The notes: generated from the sequence alone by a model not told the origin. 64,000 bases of DNA from Octopus vulgaris (GCA_951406725.2 OX597817.1:53010001-53074000), one strand, 5' to 3'; positions 1 to 11,995 are shown, counted from the first letter of the stretch. Numbers and translations are program-made.

Positions 1-34
1 TCTTAATTCCGTCGCCACCAACACTATTAGTTAT

Positions 35-120
35 ACCACCACCACCACCACCACCACCACCACCACCACCACCACTACCACCACCACTACCACCACCACC
101 ACCACCACCACCACCACCAG

Positions 121-203
<83 letters not shown>
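35..203. repeat. Compound microsatellite (CAC)n(TAC)n, representative of dozens of TA, CA, ATAC, ATAG, AAT, GAA and GAT tracts
   Basis: Directly visible. Confidence 0.98.
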
Positions 204-204
<1 letters not shown>

Positions 205-711
205 ATAGTTATTACGCCGACAAATGCTTAACAAGGAGAGACACCCGCAACGCACATTTGCGTACACACACACAGCATCCTCACGTAGGTAGAAATAGAT
301 GTGCACACCCAGATATCTGCAACTAATTGCTCATACATCATTAAGAACATGTATTCTCTGTTGTCTCCTTGAATAAATATGTAATCTAATTTCGCAAACT
401 GCAAAGCGTTAAGATCTGGGCACGGGAGACGAGCAAACTTGCTGGTGCACCCAGAAATGTGCTAATTTGACATTAATTTTGCAGATTCTGTTTGGTGCAC
501 TCAGTACAGCGGTTCAGCGTGTTTAGGATTTTCATTACAAGATCTGTTCTACCGCCACATTTTTCAGTTTAAAAGCGTGCGAGAAAAATATTCTATAATA
601 TAAAAATTATATTTAAAGCTCTTGACCGCTTATGTTATAACATACATATTCTGGGGCTTGTTCTTAGTTAGGACCATGAAATTTCTATGTTATAATAGAC
701 TTTTTCAATAT

Positions 712-955
712 GTGACCGCGTGTGTATCGTTGGCGATTTTTTTCCTCCGTCTTCCCTTCCTTGGATCTTTCCTTTTCCTATATTTCTGACAAAGAGCTCC
801 GCTCGAAACGTTAAATCCTCCTTCTTTCTTTCCTTTCCCGAGCGTCCAATAACACTGTACTTGTTCCACGTCCTCGCGTTGTTGTGTTTTCTCTTTGTGT
901 TTTCCTGTTTGGATTAACTATATATATATTTATATATACATATGTGCGTGTGTGC

Positions 956-993
<38 letters not shown>

Positions 994-1120
994 CCGCGTG
1001 TGTATCGTTGGCAATTTTCTTTCTCCGTCTTCCCTTCCTTGGACCTTTCCTTTTTCTATGTTTCTGACGAAGAGCTCCGCTCGAAACGTTAAGTCCTCCT
1101 TCTTTCTTTCCTTTCCTTTG
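712..1120 (+). mobile_element. Partial tandem of a PLE-like pseudo-LTR, each unit with a minimal hammerhead (782-816, 1061-1093)
   Basis: Direct repeat 712-838 / 990-1114; CTGAC(A/G)A a-gagc-tcc-gctc GAAA cg TT. First unit ends at (TA)n with a tail also found at 3565-3615. Confidence 0.65.
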
Positions 1121-1635
1121 TATTAATTATAATAGACTGTGCTTGATAGATGTGTGAGAACCTATCCGATGGTGACCGTGTATGACAGAGTACGTAGTAT
1201 TCTATAAAACGATAAGGAACACTATTGTTATTCAGTAAAATGATGAAGAACACTAATTTGGCGAATTAAATCCAGCAGAACACATTTGCTGTAATTTGTA
1301 AAACGATCGACTGGTAAGCGACAAATACGTGGTTCAGCCCGGATTTTTTCTTAGGCTGTGCTTATAAATATTATATTTAATACATATTCTAAATCTTAAG
1401 CGTTTACATTATATACACTTATATAAAAAAATTGTCATTAATCCAAAGTGGAGGAATAGAAGAAATGGAAATTAAAATGCCCTGAGTAAATAGAATTAAT
1501 TAGGATTTAATTATATTTAAATTATAGGAATACATTTGGCCAATTTCACAGATTTTCAAAAGTGTAAAGTATATGAAGTGGTGTTTTAAATTATGTCTAT
1601 TCTGGCCTTGTTATAAATATAACTTGTTTTTTTTT

Positions 1636-2200
1636 CTACTCTAGGCATAAGGCCAGAAATTTTGGAGGAGGGAGCCAGTCGATTAGATCGACCTCAGTAC
1701 GCAACTGGTACTTAATTTATCGAACCCGAAATGATGAAAGACAAAGTCGACCTCGCCGGAATTTGAACTCAGAACATAAAGACAGGCGAAATACCTATTT
1801 CTTTACTACCCACAGAGAGGACAAACAAGGACAGACAAACGGATTAAATTGATTACATCGACTCCAGTGCGAAACTGGTACTTAATTTATCGACCCCGAA
1901 AGGATGAAAGGCAAAGTCGACCTCGGTGGAATTTGAACTCAGAACGTAGCAGCAGACGAAATACCTATTTCTTTACTACCCATAAGCAATTAAACACAGG
2001 GGACAAACAAGGACAGACAAACGGATTAAGTCGATTATATCGACCCCAGTACGTAACTGATACTTATTTAATCGACCCCGAAAGGATGAAAGGCAAAGTC
2101 GACCTCGACGGAAGTTGAACTCAGAACGTAGCTGTAGGCGAAATACTGCTGAGCATTTCACGCCCCGCGTGCTAACGTTTCTGCCAGCTCGCCGCCTTAA
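1636..2200 (-). mobile_element. SINE family A (tRNA-like head), core repeated three times in tandem
   Basis: ggcggcgagctggcagaaacgttagc...gagttcaa...gtcgactttgcctttcatcctttcggggtcga...aagtaccag; at least 10 loci in window. Confidence 0.85.
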
Positions 2201-2871
2201 ATATAGCTTGTTTTTAAAGTAGGAATGTAGCTTAAATCGCAATCCGTTACCATACAAATTGATTGACCAACGTTCAAGTCTTAAGCTCTTCAGGCAATCG
2301 TACGCGAATGCCACATAAAAGTTTTTCTTCATTGAATATGTTATATGACAGGCAGAAAAGAGAGATATGAATAAGTGGCATAATAATTGTTTACATAAAA
2401 TTGTTATGGATAAGCTATGAAATGATTCTCTCTGGGTCAAATGTTTCCATTGAAATATTCTCTACAGATACCTATCAAATTCTCTCATTTTCAGGCTTCT
2501 TTCTTTCGTTATGTAATTAAAAGAGCCTTGACTAGATCGCACTGAAAAAGTTCAGCAAACTCCAGATAGCAACTTCTATCTACAATTATTTAAACTTTTT
2601 AATTGAAACGAGGAAAAAAATGAAATCAAATAATTATCTAAACGTTACACTTATTTCATTTGACTGACGAGAAAACAAAATACTTTCCTAGCAAGATATT
2701 TCCCTCTTCATACAAGAGATCAGATGTTAGATAACAGTGCGAATCTGACTGGTAGGATCGGCCGTAATTAATATGTAATACTGTACAGTTTGGTTAATAT
2801 ATCCACTCTATTGGCAAATATATACGAATGCATAAGTTTTCTGACTTACAAATACTCAGACGACAATATGC

Positions 2872-2902
<31 letters not shown>

Positions 2903-2962
2903 TGTATGTATCTATTTTTCACTCTGTCTCTTTTTCTAGCTGTTTGTCTGTCTGCCTCTCCC

Positions 2963-3048
<86 letters not shown>

Positions 3049-3138
3049 ATATATATATATTAATTTTAATATGGCCATCCCTGTGTATATATACATGGCA
3101 AATGAAAGACGGAAGATGGAATATACGAGAATTTGTCA

Positions 3139-3244
3139 ATCATGACAATTGTTTCGACACATCTAGCATCGATTCCTCACGGGTGGGACATTCAACAACT
3201 GGTTCAGGAGCATTCAGTGGTGTACATGTATCTCGTCAGGTGAT
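3139..3244 (-). ncRNA. Type I hammerhead motif (CAAUUG family)
   Basis: Minus strand: atcac CTGACGA gatacat...atgtgtc GAAA caattg TC atgat; one mismatch closing stem I. Confidence 0.7.
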
Positions 3245-3439
3245 AAATAAATACAAATCGTTAGAATAACAGTTCCGCAATGTAAGTTCTCGTTTTGTAG
3301 AAAGAAAAGCAGCCAGACGGAGGAAATATCTTCATTTATATAGAAGATCAAAAATAAAATCACAGATGGAAAAAAAAAAGAGAAACGAACACGCAATACA
3401 GAGCGATAAGTAAATGTTAGAAATAGTTTACGTAGTAAG

Positions 3440-3499
3440 CCTAACTGATGAGCTTTAAGTGTTGGTTTGACACAGAAAGCGAAATCAATTGATACTAAG
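3440..3499 (+). ncRNA. Type I hammerhead motif, stem I degenerate
   Basis: CTGATGA gcttt..gtgtt/gacac..aaagc GAAA tcaattga TA ctaag; palindromic stem III. Confidence 0.62.
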
Positions 3500-4516
3500 A
3501 TGTCAACACTCCTATTTGTATTTTTACAAAGGGGAAGACTATTTCTAAATATTTGCTATATTATCCGCGTTGTTGAGTTTTCACTTTGTGTTTACATGTT
3601 TGGATTAGCTTTATATATATATCGTAAAATGAGGATGAGTGCTCAACATTGCACTAGTGGATAAAGATTCTTAATTTTGTGGATTAAGGCTTGACATGAA
3701 ACCATTGGTTTCATGTTAAGAAAGCTCTTAACAATTATCGCCGGTGTTCGTCTTCATGTTATATTAAGTATATACTTAATACATGGCTCAGTGGTTAAAG
3801 CGTCGAGCTTACGATCGTGAGGTTGTGGGTTCGATTTCTGGACCAGGCTACGTGTTGGGTTCTTGAGCAAGACACTATATTTTACGTTGCTCCAGGTAAC
3901 TCAGCTGGAGAAATGAGTTGCGACGACATTACTGGTGCCAAGCTGTATCGACCCCTTTGCTTTTCCCTTGGATAACATCAATGGTGTGGAGAGGGGAGGC
4001 TGGTATGCATGGGTGACTGCTGGTCTTCCACAAACAACCTTGCCTCGGAGGGTAACTTTCTAGGTGCAATCCCATAGTCATTCATGACCGAAGGGGTTCT
4101 CCATACATACATACATACATACATACATACAGGCATCTCTCTCGCTCGCTGCATATGATTTATGTAAATTATCTAGGACATGTGTTTTACTCTTTCAGGT
4201 ATTTCTCTATATCCCTTGAGTGTTGAAGAAAGGTGAGGTCACTTGTTGTACTAATGACGTCTATTGAGGCAGAAACACTATCCGCTTATTTCCAAACAAT
4301 AAGTTTGTCTTTTTCATTCATCGCATGTTAACTTTGGAAAAAGTCTCGATTCTGAAGATTATTTCCAGTTCACCGTTTGGTAATTGTGAGAAATGATCAT
4401 TTAGAATATCAAGAACATATGACGTATGGTATTCGATATACTTAAACTTGTCTCTATCTGTGTCTCCCTACACATACACACATACGCAAGCACGTACATA
4501 CACACGCACACACAGC

Positions 4517-4930
4517 GTGGCTGTGTGGCTGCGTGGTAAGAAGTATGCTTTCCAACCACATGGTTCCAGGTTCAGTCCCATAACGTGACACTTTGCGCCA
4601 GTGTCTTCTACTATAGCCTCGGGGCGATCAAATCCTTACGAGTGGATGTGGTAGATGGAAACTGAAAGAAGCCCATCCTATATATATATATGTGTGTGTG
4701 CGTCTGTTTGTGTGTGTATGTGTGTGTGTGTCTTTGTGTCTGTGTTTGCTCCCTGCTACAGCTTGACAACCGGTGTTGGTGTGTTTATGTTCCTGTAACT
4801 TAGCGGTTCGGAAAAAAAACAATCTTAAAAAAGTAAGTACTAGGGTTGATTCATTCGACTAAAAATTCTTCAAGCGGTGCCCCAGCTTGGCCACAGTCTA
4901 ATGACTGGAACAAGTAAAAGATAAAAGATA
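4517..4930 (+). mobile_element. SINE family B (tRNA-like head, internal TA/TG tract, LINE-like tail)
   Basis: gtggctgtgtggtaag...ggttcagtccca...gtgtcttctactatagcctcggg...ggtgc(t/c)ccagc..ggccacagtc..atgactg. Confidence 0.82.
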
Positions 4931-5104
4931 TACATACGTAGAAACAGAAAATGAAAAAAGAGGAGGAAGAAGAGGAGGAAGAAGTAGTAGTAGTAATAGA
5001 AGAGGAAGAAGGAGGAGGAGGAGGTGGGGGAGGAGAAATAGTAGTAGTAATAGAAGAGGAAGGAGGTGGCGGAGGATTAGGAATAGGAGTAGGAGGAGTA
5101 GGAA

Positions 5105-5150
5105 GAGGAGGAGAAGAAAAGAGAAGACGGAGAAGGAAAAGAAGAAGGAA

Positions 5151-5234
<84 letters not shown>

Positions 5235-5398
5235 AAGAAGGTTGAAAGAGCATACCTGCAGAAGTTACAAACAAAATTGTTTTTTCGTGGCCTGGTATTT
5301 AGGATGATGATGATGATGATGAGAGGAGGAGGAGGAGGAGGAGGAGAAGAAGAAAAGAGAAGATGGAGAAGGAAAAGAAGAAGAAGGAAAATAATAAC

Positions 5399-5476
<78 letters not shown>

Positions 5477-5492
5477 AAGAAGAATAATAAGA

Positions 5493-5528
<36 letters not shown>

Positions 5529-5577
5529 GGAAGAAGAAGAAGAGGAAGAAGAAGAAGAGGAAGAAGAAGAAGAGGAA

Positions 5578-5627
<50 letters not shown>

Positions 5628-5658
5628 AGAAGAGGAAGAAGAAGAGGAAGAAGAAGAA

Positions 5659-5717
<59 letters not shown>

Positions 5718-5821
5718 AGAAGAAGAAGAAGAAGAAGAAGGAAAAGAAGAAGGTCGAAAGAGCATACCAGCAGAAGTTACAAACAAAATTGTTTTTTTTC
5801 TTTGTGGCCTGGTATTTAGGA
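5105..5821 (+). repeat. Local tandem duplication with independently expanded (AAT)n/(GAA)n tracts
   Basis: Units 5105-5303 and 5340-5821 share unique ends (gaaagagcatacc.gcagaagttacaaacaaaattg...gtggcctggtatttagga). Confidence 0.85.
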
Positions 5822-6301
5822 GAGAGGTTAAACTGGTATTTTTCCTTTTCTTTCGTTGCTTTGATTCGCGATTAGAATCATATGTTGATTGGTTGACAAT
5901 ATGGATCTATTTAGCCCTAGATAACAACTCTAGATCCTTCAGCATTCCGTACCGAATTCCAGACCATGTGATACTTAAATACCTTCACGTCTTTCCTATC
6001 TCTTCTCCTTAATTTTATCTACACCAGATGGTTATTATCATGGTGCACCTGTATAGTTACATGCACACAAATGTTGTAGTCATCAACCTTTGCTTCTTGG
6101 CATCCATATCTTGATAGAGATATAACGGTATTTAATAGTTTGAAACATGTGATAGTCTGTGTGTTTAAATGTGCTTTTGTGTACATGTGTAGTCTATGTT
6201 TGAGCAAACATGTCTCTACATGTTTGCATAAATTACACCATGAGGCCAAATTACATTCAATAAATTCTTAGTTATATTTCTTCCTTTTTTATCGTCATGG
6301 A

Positions 6302-6383
<82 letters not shown>

Positions 6384-6384
6384 T

Positions 6385-6437
<53 letters not shown>

Positions 6438-6586
6438 TTCTCTCCTTGTTTTTTCCTGTGTCCTTTTCTGTAGAAGAGCGTAGGCGCGAAACGTAAAAGA
6501 CTTTTTCTATTCCTGAGCATTATACTTATACATCTGTTTGTTTTGTACACCACCTGTCTTCGTCTTTTGTTCTTTTCATAAACTCT

Positions 6587-6589
<3 letters not shown>
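6438..6589 (+). mobile_element. (TA)n-inserted short element with variant hammerhead core CTGTAGA
   Basis: Flanked by (TA)n on both sides; ttt CTGTAGA agagc-gtag-gcgc GAAA cg TA aaagac; close copy at 59036-59180. Confidence 0.6.
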
Positions 6590-6637
<48 letters not shown>

Positions 6638-6641
6638 TAGA

Positions 6642-6681
<40 letters not shown>

Positions 6682-6728
6682 TAGATAGATAGATAGAAAG
6701 ATAGATAGATAGATAGATATATAGATAT

Positions 6729-6775
<47 letters not shown>

Positions 6776-6776
6776 T

Positions 6777-6817
<41 letters not shown>

Positions 6818-6867
6818 CAGATAGGTAGATAGATAGATAGAAAATGGAATGAACGACATTATTTATA

Positions 6868-6972
6868 AATCACTACAATTGTTCCGATACATTTTAACAC
6901 CTGTTGTACATTGGTGAGATGTGTAATTATCATCATCCCTCTAAGGTGTAAAATGCACTTCATCAGGTGATT
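6868..6972 (-). ncRNA. Type I hammerhead motif (CAAUUG family), GAAA mutated to GGAA
   Basis: Minus strand: aatcac CTGATGA agtgcattttacacc...ggtgttaaaatgtatc GGAA caattg TA gtgatt; 6-bp stem I. Confidence 0.65.
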
Positions 6973-7061
6973 GTTTAAACAAGTCCTTCGTTAGATCCTA
7001 CCGTTATTTCACTAGGTGAGAGAATGCATGCTCATAGGATTGTGTGTGTTATTTTCAGCAG

Positions 7062-7400
7062 TGGAGAAGCAATAGCCCAGTGGTTAGGGCAGCGGACTCG
7101 TGGTCGTAGGATCCCGGTTTTGATTCCCAGATCGGGCGTTGTGAGTGTCTATTGAGCGAAAACACCTAAAACTCCACTTTCACCACAACTTGCACTCTTT
7201 CTTCCTGTTTCTGTTGTACCTGTATTTCAAAGAGGTCAGCCTTGTCACATTCCGTGTCACGCAGAATTTCCCCGAGAACTACGTTAAGGGTACACGTGTC
7301 TGTAGAGTGCTCAGCCTCTTACACATTAATTTCACAAGCAGAATGTTTCATTGATTGGATCAACTGGAACCCTCGTCGTTGCAACCGACGGAGTGCCTGG
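7062..7400 (+). mobile_element. SINE family C (tRNA-derived head); related copies 3780-4100(+), 8140-8440(+), 13730-14045(-), 24708-24955(-), 25768-25980(-), 38745-38980(+)
   Basis: A-box tagcccagtggttagg and B-box-like ggtt(t/c)gattccc; heads shared among copies, bodies variable. Confidence 0.72.
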
Positions 7401-7453
7401 ACGATTTTCAAGTTTTGAAAATGCCTCATCACCTTGGGTATATGCATGTGTGT

Positions 7454-7512
<59 letters not shown>

Positions 7513-9153
7513 CACCCGTCTTGGAGAAATCCTCAGTGATAGTGAGGTTCAGCATTTGGAACAATTGTCAGGGCTTCAGCCGAGTGTCACTCATGTTTAG
7601 AGAGGACGGCGTGCAATGTTGTTTTTTTCTTTTTGCTGTTTGAATAGTGCTTTTTCTTTTACTTTTTGCTGTTAAAAGACAAGATTGACGTGAATCTACC
7701 CAGGGGATGCTCTCAAGTTCTACGTTTATGGAATCAGTACAGGTTAAGCGTGTTGTATCTAGGATGATTTGTCGATGCTTTTGTACGCGAGTTTTTAAGA
7801 AGATATTTAAACCTCATTTGTATCCAGATGATAGCAGATACAGAAATGAAGTTAATTTAATACGTGTCGTTGTAATGGAAGATTCTGCTCTTGTTTTTCC
7901 TGCATCTCAACAGCAACTTCAGTGAATTTGCCTTTAGAAGTTGAAAGATGTCACAAACATTCTAACTAATCTAATGTTTGCTTATGCCTAAACGCTGCTT
8001 GGCTGTAATACTGCTGAAATTGTTCCGACCTGGCGTTCCAATAGCGTAATTCAGTCAGTGTTGCTGACTGTGTTTTAGTTAAAGCTACGGCTTTAAATCT
8101 GCCCAGAGTTACCTCTCTTCGGTATTTCTCAGTGATAACGGCTAAAGAGCTTGAAAGTTGCGTCTGGAAATCCGACAGGGGACAATACTAGGTATTGTGT
8201 CCTTGAGTAAGACAGTTCATTTCACATGGCTCCAGTCCACTCAGTTGGGAAAAATCATTTGTACCTCTAATTCACAGAGGCAGTCTTATCACGTGATGCA
8301 TCACGGTGAACGGCCCTGAGAACTACGTTAAGGGAACACGTGCCTGTGGAGTGTCCGGCCACTTGCACGTTAGTATCACGAGCAGGCTGTTCCGTTCATC
8401 CGATCAGCTCAAACCCACGTCATCATAACCGACAAAGTGCCAGTATGTGTGGTGTGTGTGTGTGTGTGTGTGTGTGTGTCTATGTGTGTGAGCGCACGCG
8501 TATGTGGACTAAATACCTTGATAAGAATACTTCTCTCATTACAAAAGTACTACTGCAAGTAACACGTTGATGAATTGGCAAAAACAAAATAACTAATTTA
8601 TCTGGCAGTTGTTTTTCTATGCTGTTGGTCATCAACAAACAGAACATAAAGCTAAACTATCACTCTTCCTAAACCCCAACCCTATCCCCCTTCCTCCCCT
8701 CCTCCTCCTCTTCATCCTTATCGTCAGACTACTACTACTGCCACTGCTTCTGCTGCTGTAACATATACACTGTAAAGAAAATAGTTGCAGCAAGAAAGAA
8801 GTATAAATAAATATAGGCTCAGATACGTTCATACAGAAACACCTGTGCATTCGTAGCCACACAAGCAAAGAACTATACAAACAGCTGTACTAAAGAATAT
8901 ATCTACATATTTTAGCCAACCCCATATGCTATATATGACTATAAAACTCCTCGTATTTATATGTATAATAGTTTCGTCCGTACAAAAGGAGGAATAATCT
9001 TGTCTAGTTTTGTGTTGTGCTAAGATTTCATCAAAGTCTGAGAAGTCTGTTTAATTACTTATAGAAAAATTGATTATAAAACCTTTGCATATGCAGTGCA
9101 TTCTGAGAAGCATATTTGACTGAATCCTCTACACACAAACAAGCGCGCGTGCA

Positions 9154-9250
<97 letters not shown>

Positions 9251-9321
9251 GTCCAGCTATAATTGAAGAAGCCATTTAAGACAAACTTGAAATCAGAGTA
9301 AACAGAAAATAGTTAATAAAT

Positions 9322-9750
9322 TGTGAAGTATATTTGCCACTTAAATGTGGGTAACCACTAAGGGTGGATGCTACTGTAGCATGTAGCTCCAGGAGAACAT
9401 CTTCTCCAGCTGGTTATTGACATATTTTCTGTGCCTTATCAGTATTTGCAAACGGAAGCCATCCTTCCCATCGTCGACCTGACGTGAACGCACGGATCCG
9501 GGTTTCTGGGTATTTACCCGTCGTCAGCGCACGACAATCACCAGTCTTCGATGCGAAGGGATCCCAATGCAAATGCATATATCCTTTTTCCAGTGACGAA
9601 AAGTGTCAATAACCAGCTGGAGGAGGTGTCTTCCTCGGGCTACAAGCTACAGTAGCATCTACCCTTAGTGGTTAGCCACATTTAAGTGGCAAATATACTT
9701 CACATTGTCGTGCAGCTACTGTTTATACCTCGTTCAGCGATTTATTATTG
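9322..9750. mobile_element. MITE-like element with long TIRs (left TIR truncated); partial copies 11671-11861 and 41722-41965
   Basis: tgtgaagtatatttgccacttaaatgtg...ccagctggttattgaca inverted at ~9604-9704; the 41.7 kb copy shows the TIR extends to ~150 bp. Confidence 0.75.
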
Positions 9751-9935
9751 CTAGTTAATAAATTTTTTTCTACTAAAAGTATATAGTCTCGCCACCATGT
9801 TTTCTTGTTTGATAAGCAAAAAAAAAAAAAAACGCGTCATCGACAAACCCACCCACCTATCCATCCATCCATCCATCCATCCATCCATATATACATACAA
9901 ACATACATACATACATACATACATACATACATACA

Positions 9936-9968
<33 letters not shown>

Positions 9969-10124
9969 GCATTCACTACACGTTTTTTTAAATTATTTAT
10001 TTATTTATTCATTTATTTATTTATACAGGTATGTCATATTTTCTGTTTGTTGTCTTTTTATTTAATCCTGAAAATATTATTTATGTAACGCACGCACTTA
10101 TTAATTTTTTTACCTATATATATT

Positions 10125-10413
10125 CCTAGGAATTGATGGAGTCGCTGCTATAATCGGTTTTCTAACGGCTTTTCTTTTTTTATTTTGGAAGCGTCTCAGC
10201 AGTGGTCTCACGAAGCTCCTTCCGGTATTCTTCACGAGGAGGGAAAAAAAGGACGGAAGATGCAGGTATAACATAACTTAGAAGCAGCACTTAGGATGTG
10301 CCAACACTCACGAGATTGAGATTCGTGAGACCACTGCTGAGACGCTTCCGGAAAAAAACCAGAGAAATGCCGTTGGAAAACCGATTATAGTAGCAACTCC
10401 ATCAATTCCTAGG
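10125..10413. repeat. Inverted repeat, ~90-bp arms
   Basis: cctaggaattgatggag...ggtctcacgaa (10125-10214) vs ttcgtgagacc...ctccatcaattcctagg (10322-10413). Confidence 0.88.
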
Positions 10414-10452
10414 GATATCTGAAGAAGGAATTTTATTCCAAAATATCATATC
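10414..10452 (+). ncRNA. Ultra-minimal hammerhead motif, GAAA mutated to AAAA
   Basis: gatat CTGAAGA a ggaat-ttt-attcc AAAA ta TC atatc; perfect 5-bp stems I and II. Confidence 0.6.
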
Positions 10453-10556
10453 AGACTATGGATTTTAAAATTACAACTGTTGTTATTTTTTACAAACAAT
10501 ACACAATGCTTCAAGCGAGCTACAATACTCTCCTATATATATATATATATATATAT

Positions 10557-10791
10557 ATAAATTAAGAAATGGAGTTAAACGCAGGTGTTATTAAAATCTT
10601 TATACTTCCAACATATGTTTCGAAGAAGAGATTGGCATTATTCAGTTTGTGATCTTTTGAAGTAGAACGAGGTTGTTTGGGGTCAAGAGGTCCAGTCTTC
10701 GTCTGAATAATACCAATGTTTTCTACGAAATATATGTCGGAAGTATAAAGATTTGAATAACGACTGCGTTTAACTCCATTTCTTAATTTAT
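10557..10791. repeat. Inverted repeat, ~89-bp arms, abutting (TA)n
   Basis: 10557-10645 vs 10703-10791; each arm carries GAAA(c/t)atatg-T(t/c)-ggaag, a hammerhead 3' half. Confidence 0.85.
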
Positions 10792-10978
10792 CTATGTTAT
10801 CTAGAAACATTTCACTAAACCCTGGAATTTCTATCTTTATAAATAGGCTATAACATCCTTGGCGCTTATGGGAATTTTTGCTATTTTTTATTTTTTATGT
10901 ATTTATTTTTTCCGTGTAACTTTTACACATTGAAAAAATACACATACATTTATATATATATATATACACACACACATA

Positions 10979-11031
<53 letters not shown>

Positions 11032-11101
11032 TTTGATACTTTGATAGGTTTCGGCCATTATTGGCCCAGGCCATGTCTAACTTAATAGCACCACCTGGTG
11101 C

Positions 11102-11132
<31 letters not shown>

Positions 11133-11906
11133 CATATATGCAAATAAATCAACCCACTAACTCGTATAAATACAATCTGCAAGTTTAAAGTGTGACATAT
11201 TATTTTTGTTATCTACATTCCAACAAGTTAAATTTGTATCTTTGTTAGAAACCAGCTCTTTCTTCATAGGAAGAATTTAAATCATCAAAAACAGAAGGGA
11301 ACCATGCATAGACGCATACGTACATACATACATACATACATACATACATACATACATACATACATACATACATACATACATACATACATGCATGCATACA
11401 TACATACATGCATGCATACATACATATATACATACATAGATAGATACATACATATATACATACATACATATATACATATATACATACATATATACATACA
11501 TACATACATATATACATACATATATATAGAGGGAGTAGTTCAGAAGGTAATGGGGTAGATGCTACATCCCCTACCCTCGCACACGAGTTACGAAGTAGAT
11601 GAGCGTTGTCCTCCTGCATATAGCGTAGTACAAACTTGAAATCAGAGTAAACAGAAAATAATTAATAAATTGTGAAGTATATTTGTCACTTAAATGTGGG
11701 TAACCACTAAGGGTGGATGCTACTGTAATATGTAGCCCCAGGAGAACATCTTCTCCAGCTGGTTATTGACATATTTTCTGTGCCTTATCAGTATTTGCAA
11801 ACGGAAGCCATCCTTCCCATCGTCGACCTAACGTGAACGCACGGATCCGGGTTTCTGGGTTGTTGTTGTTATTATTATTAATATTATTATAATTATTATT
11901 ATTATA

Positions 11907-11995
<89 letters not shown>

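Noticed and set aside
301-500. Degenerate inverted repeat gtgcac...tctgcaa / ttgcaga...gtgcac
   Set aside because: Too diverged and no TSD seen, so cannot be called a MITE.
1849-2118. Recurrent peptides YRPRKDERQSRP / LIDPERMKGKVDL
   Set aside because: Fortuitous translations of SINE family A, not a protein family.
4951-5875. Poly-R/K/S/I ORFs (protamine-like appearance)
   Set aside because: Triplet microsatellites are open in several frames on both strands.
7062-7135. tRNA gene
   Set aside because: A/B-box head continues into a repeated SINE body; acceptor stem not formed.
7560-7990. Possible retroelement ORF remnant
   Set aside because: No diagnostic motif recognised in any frame.
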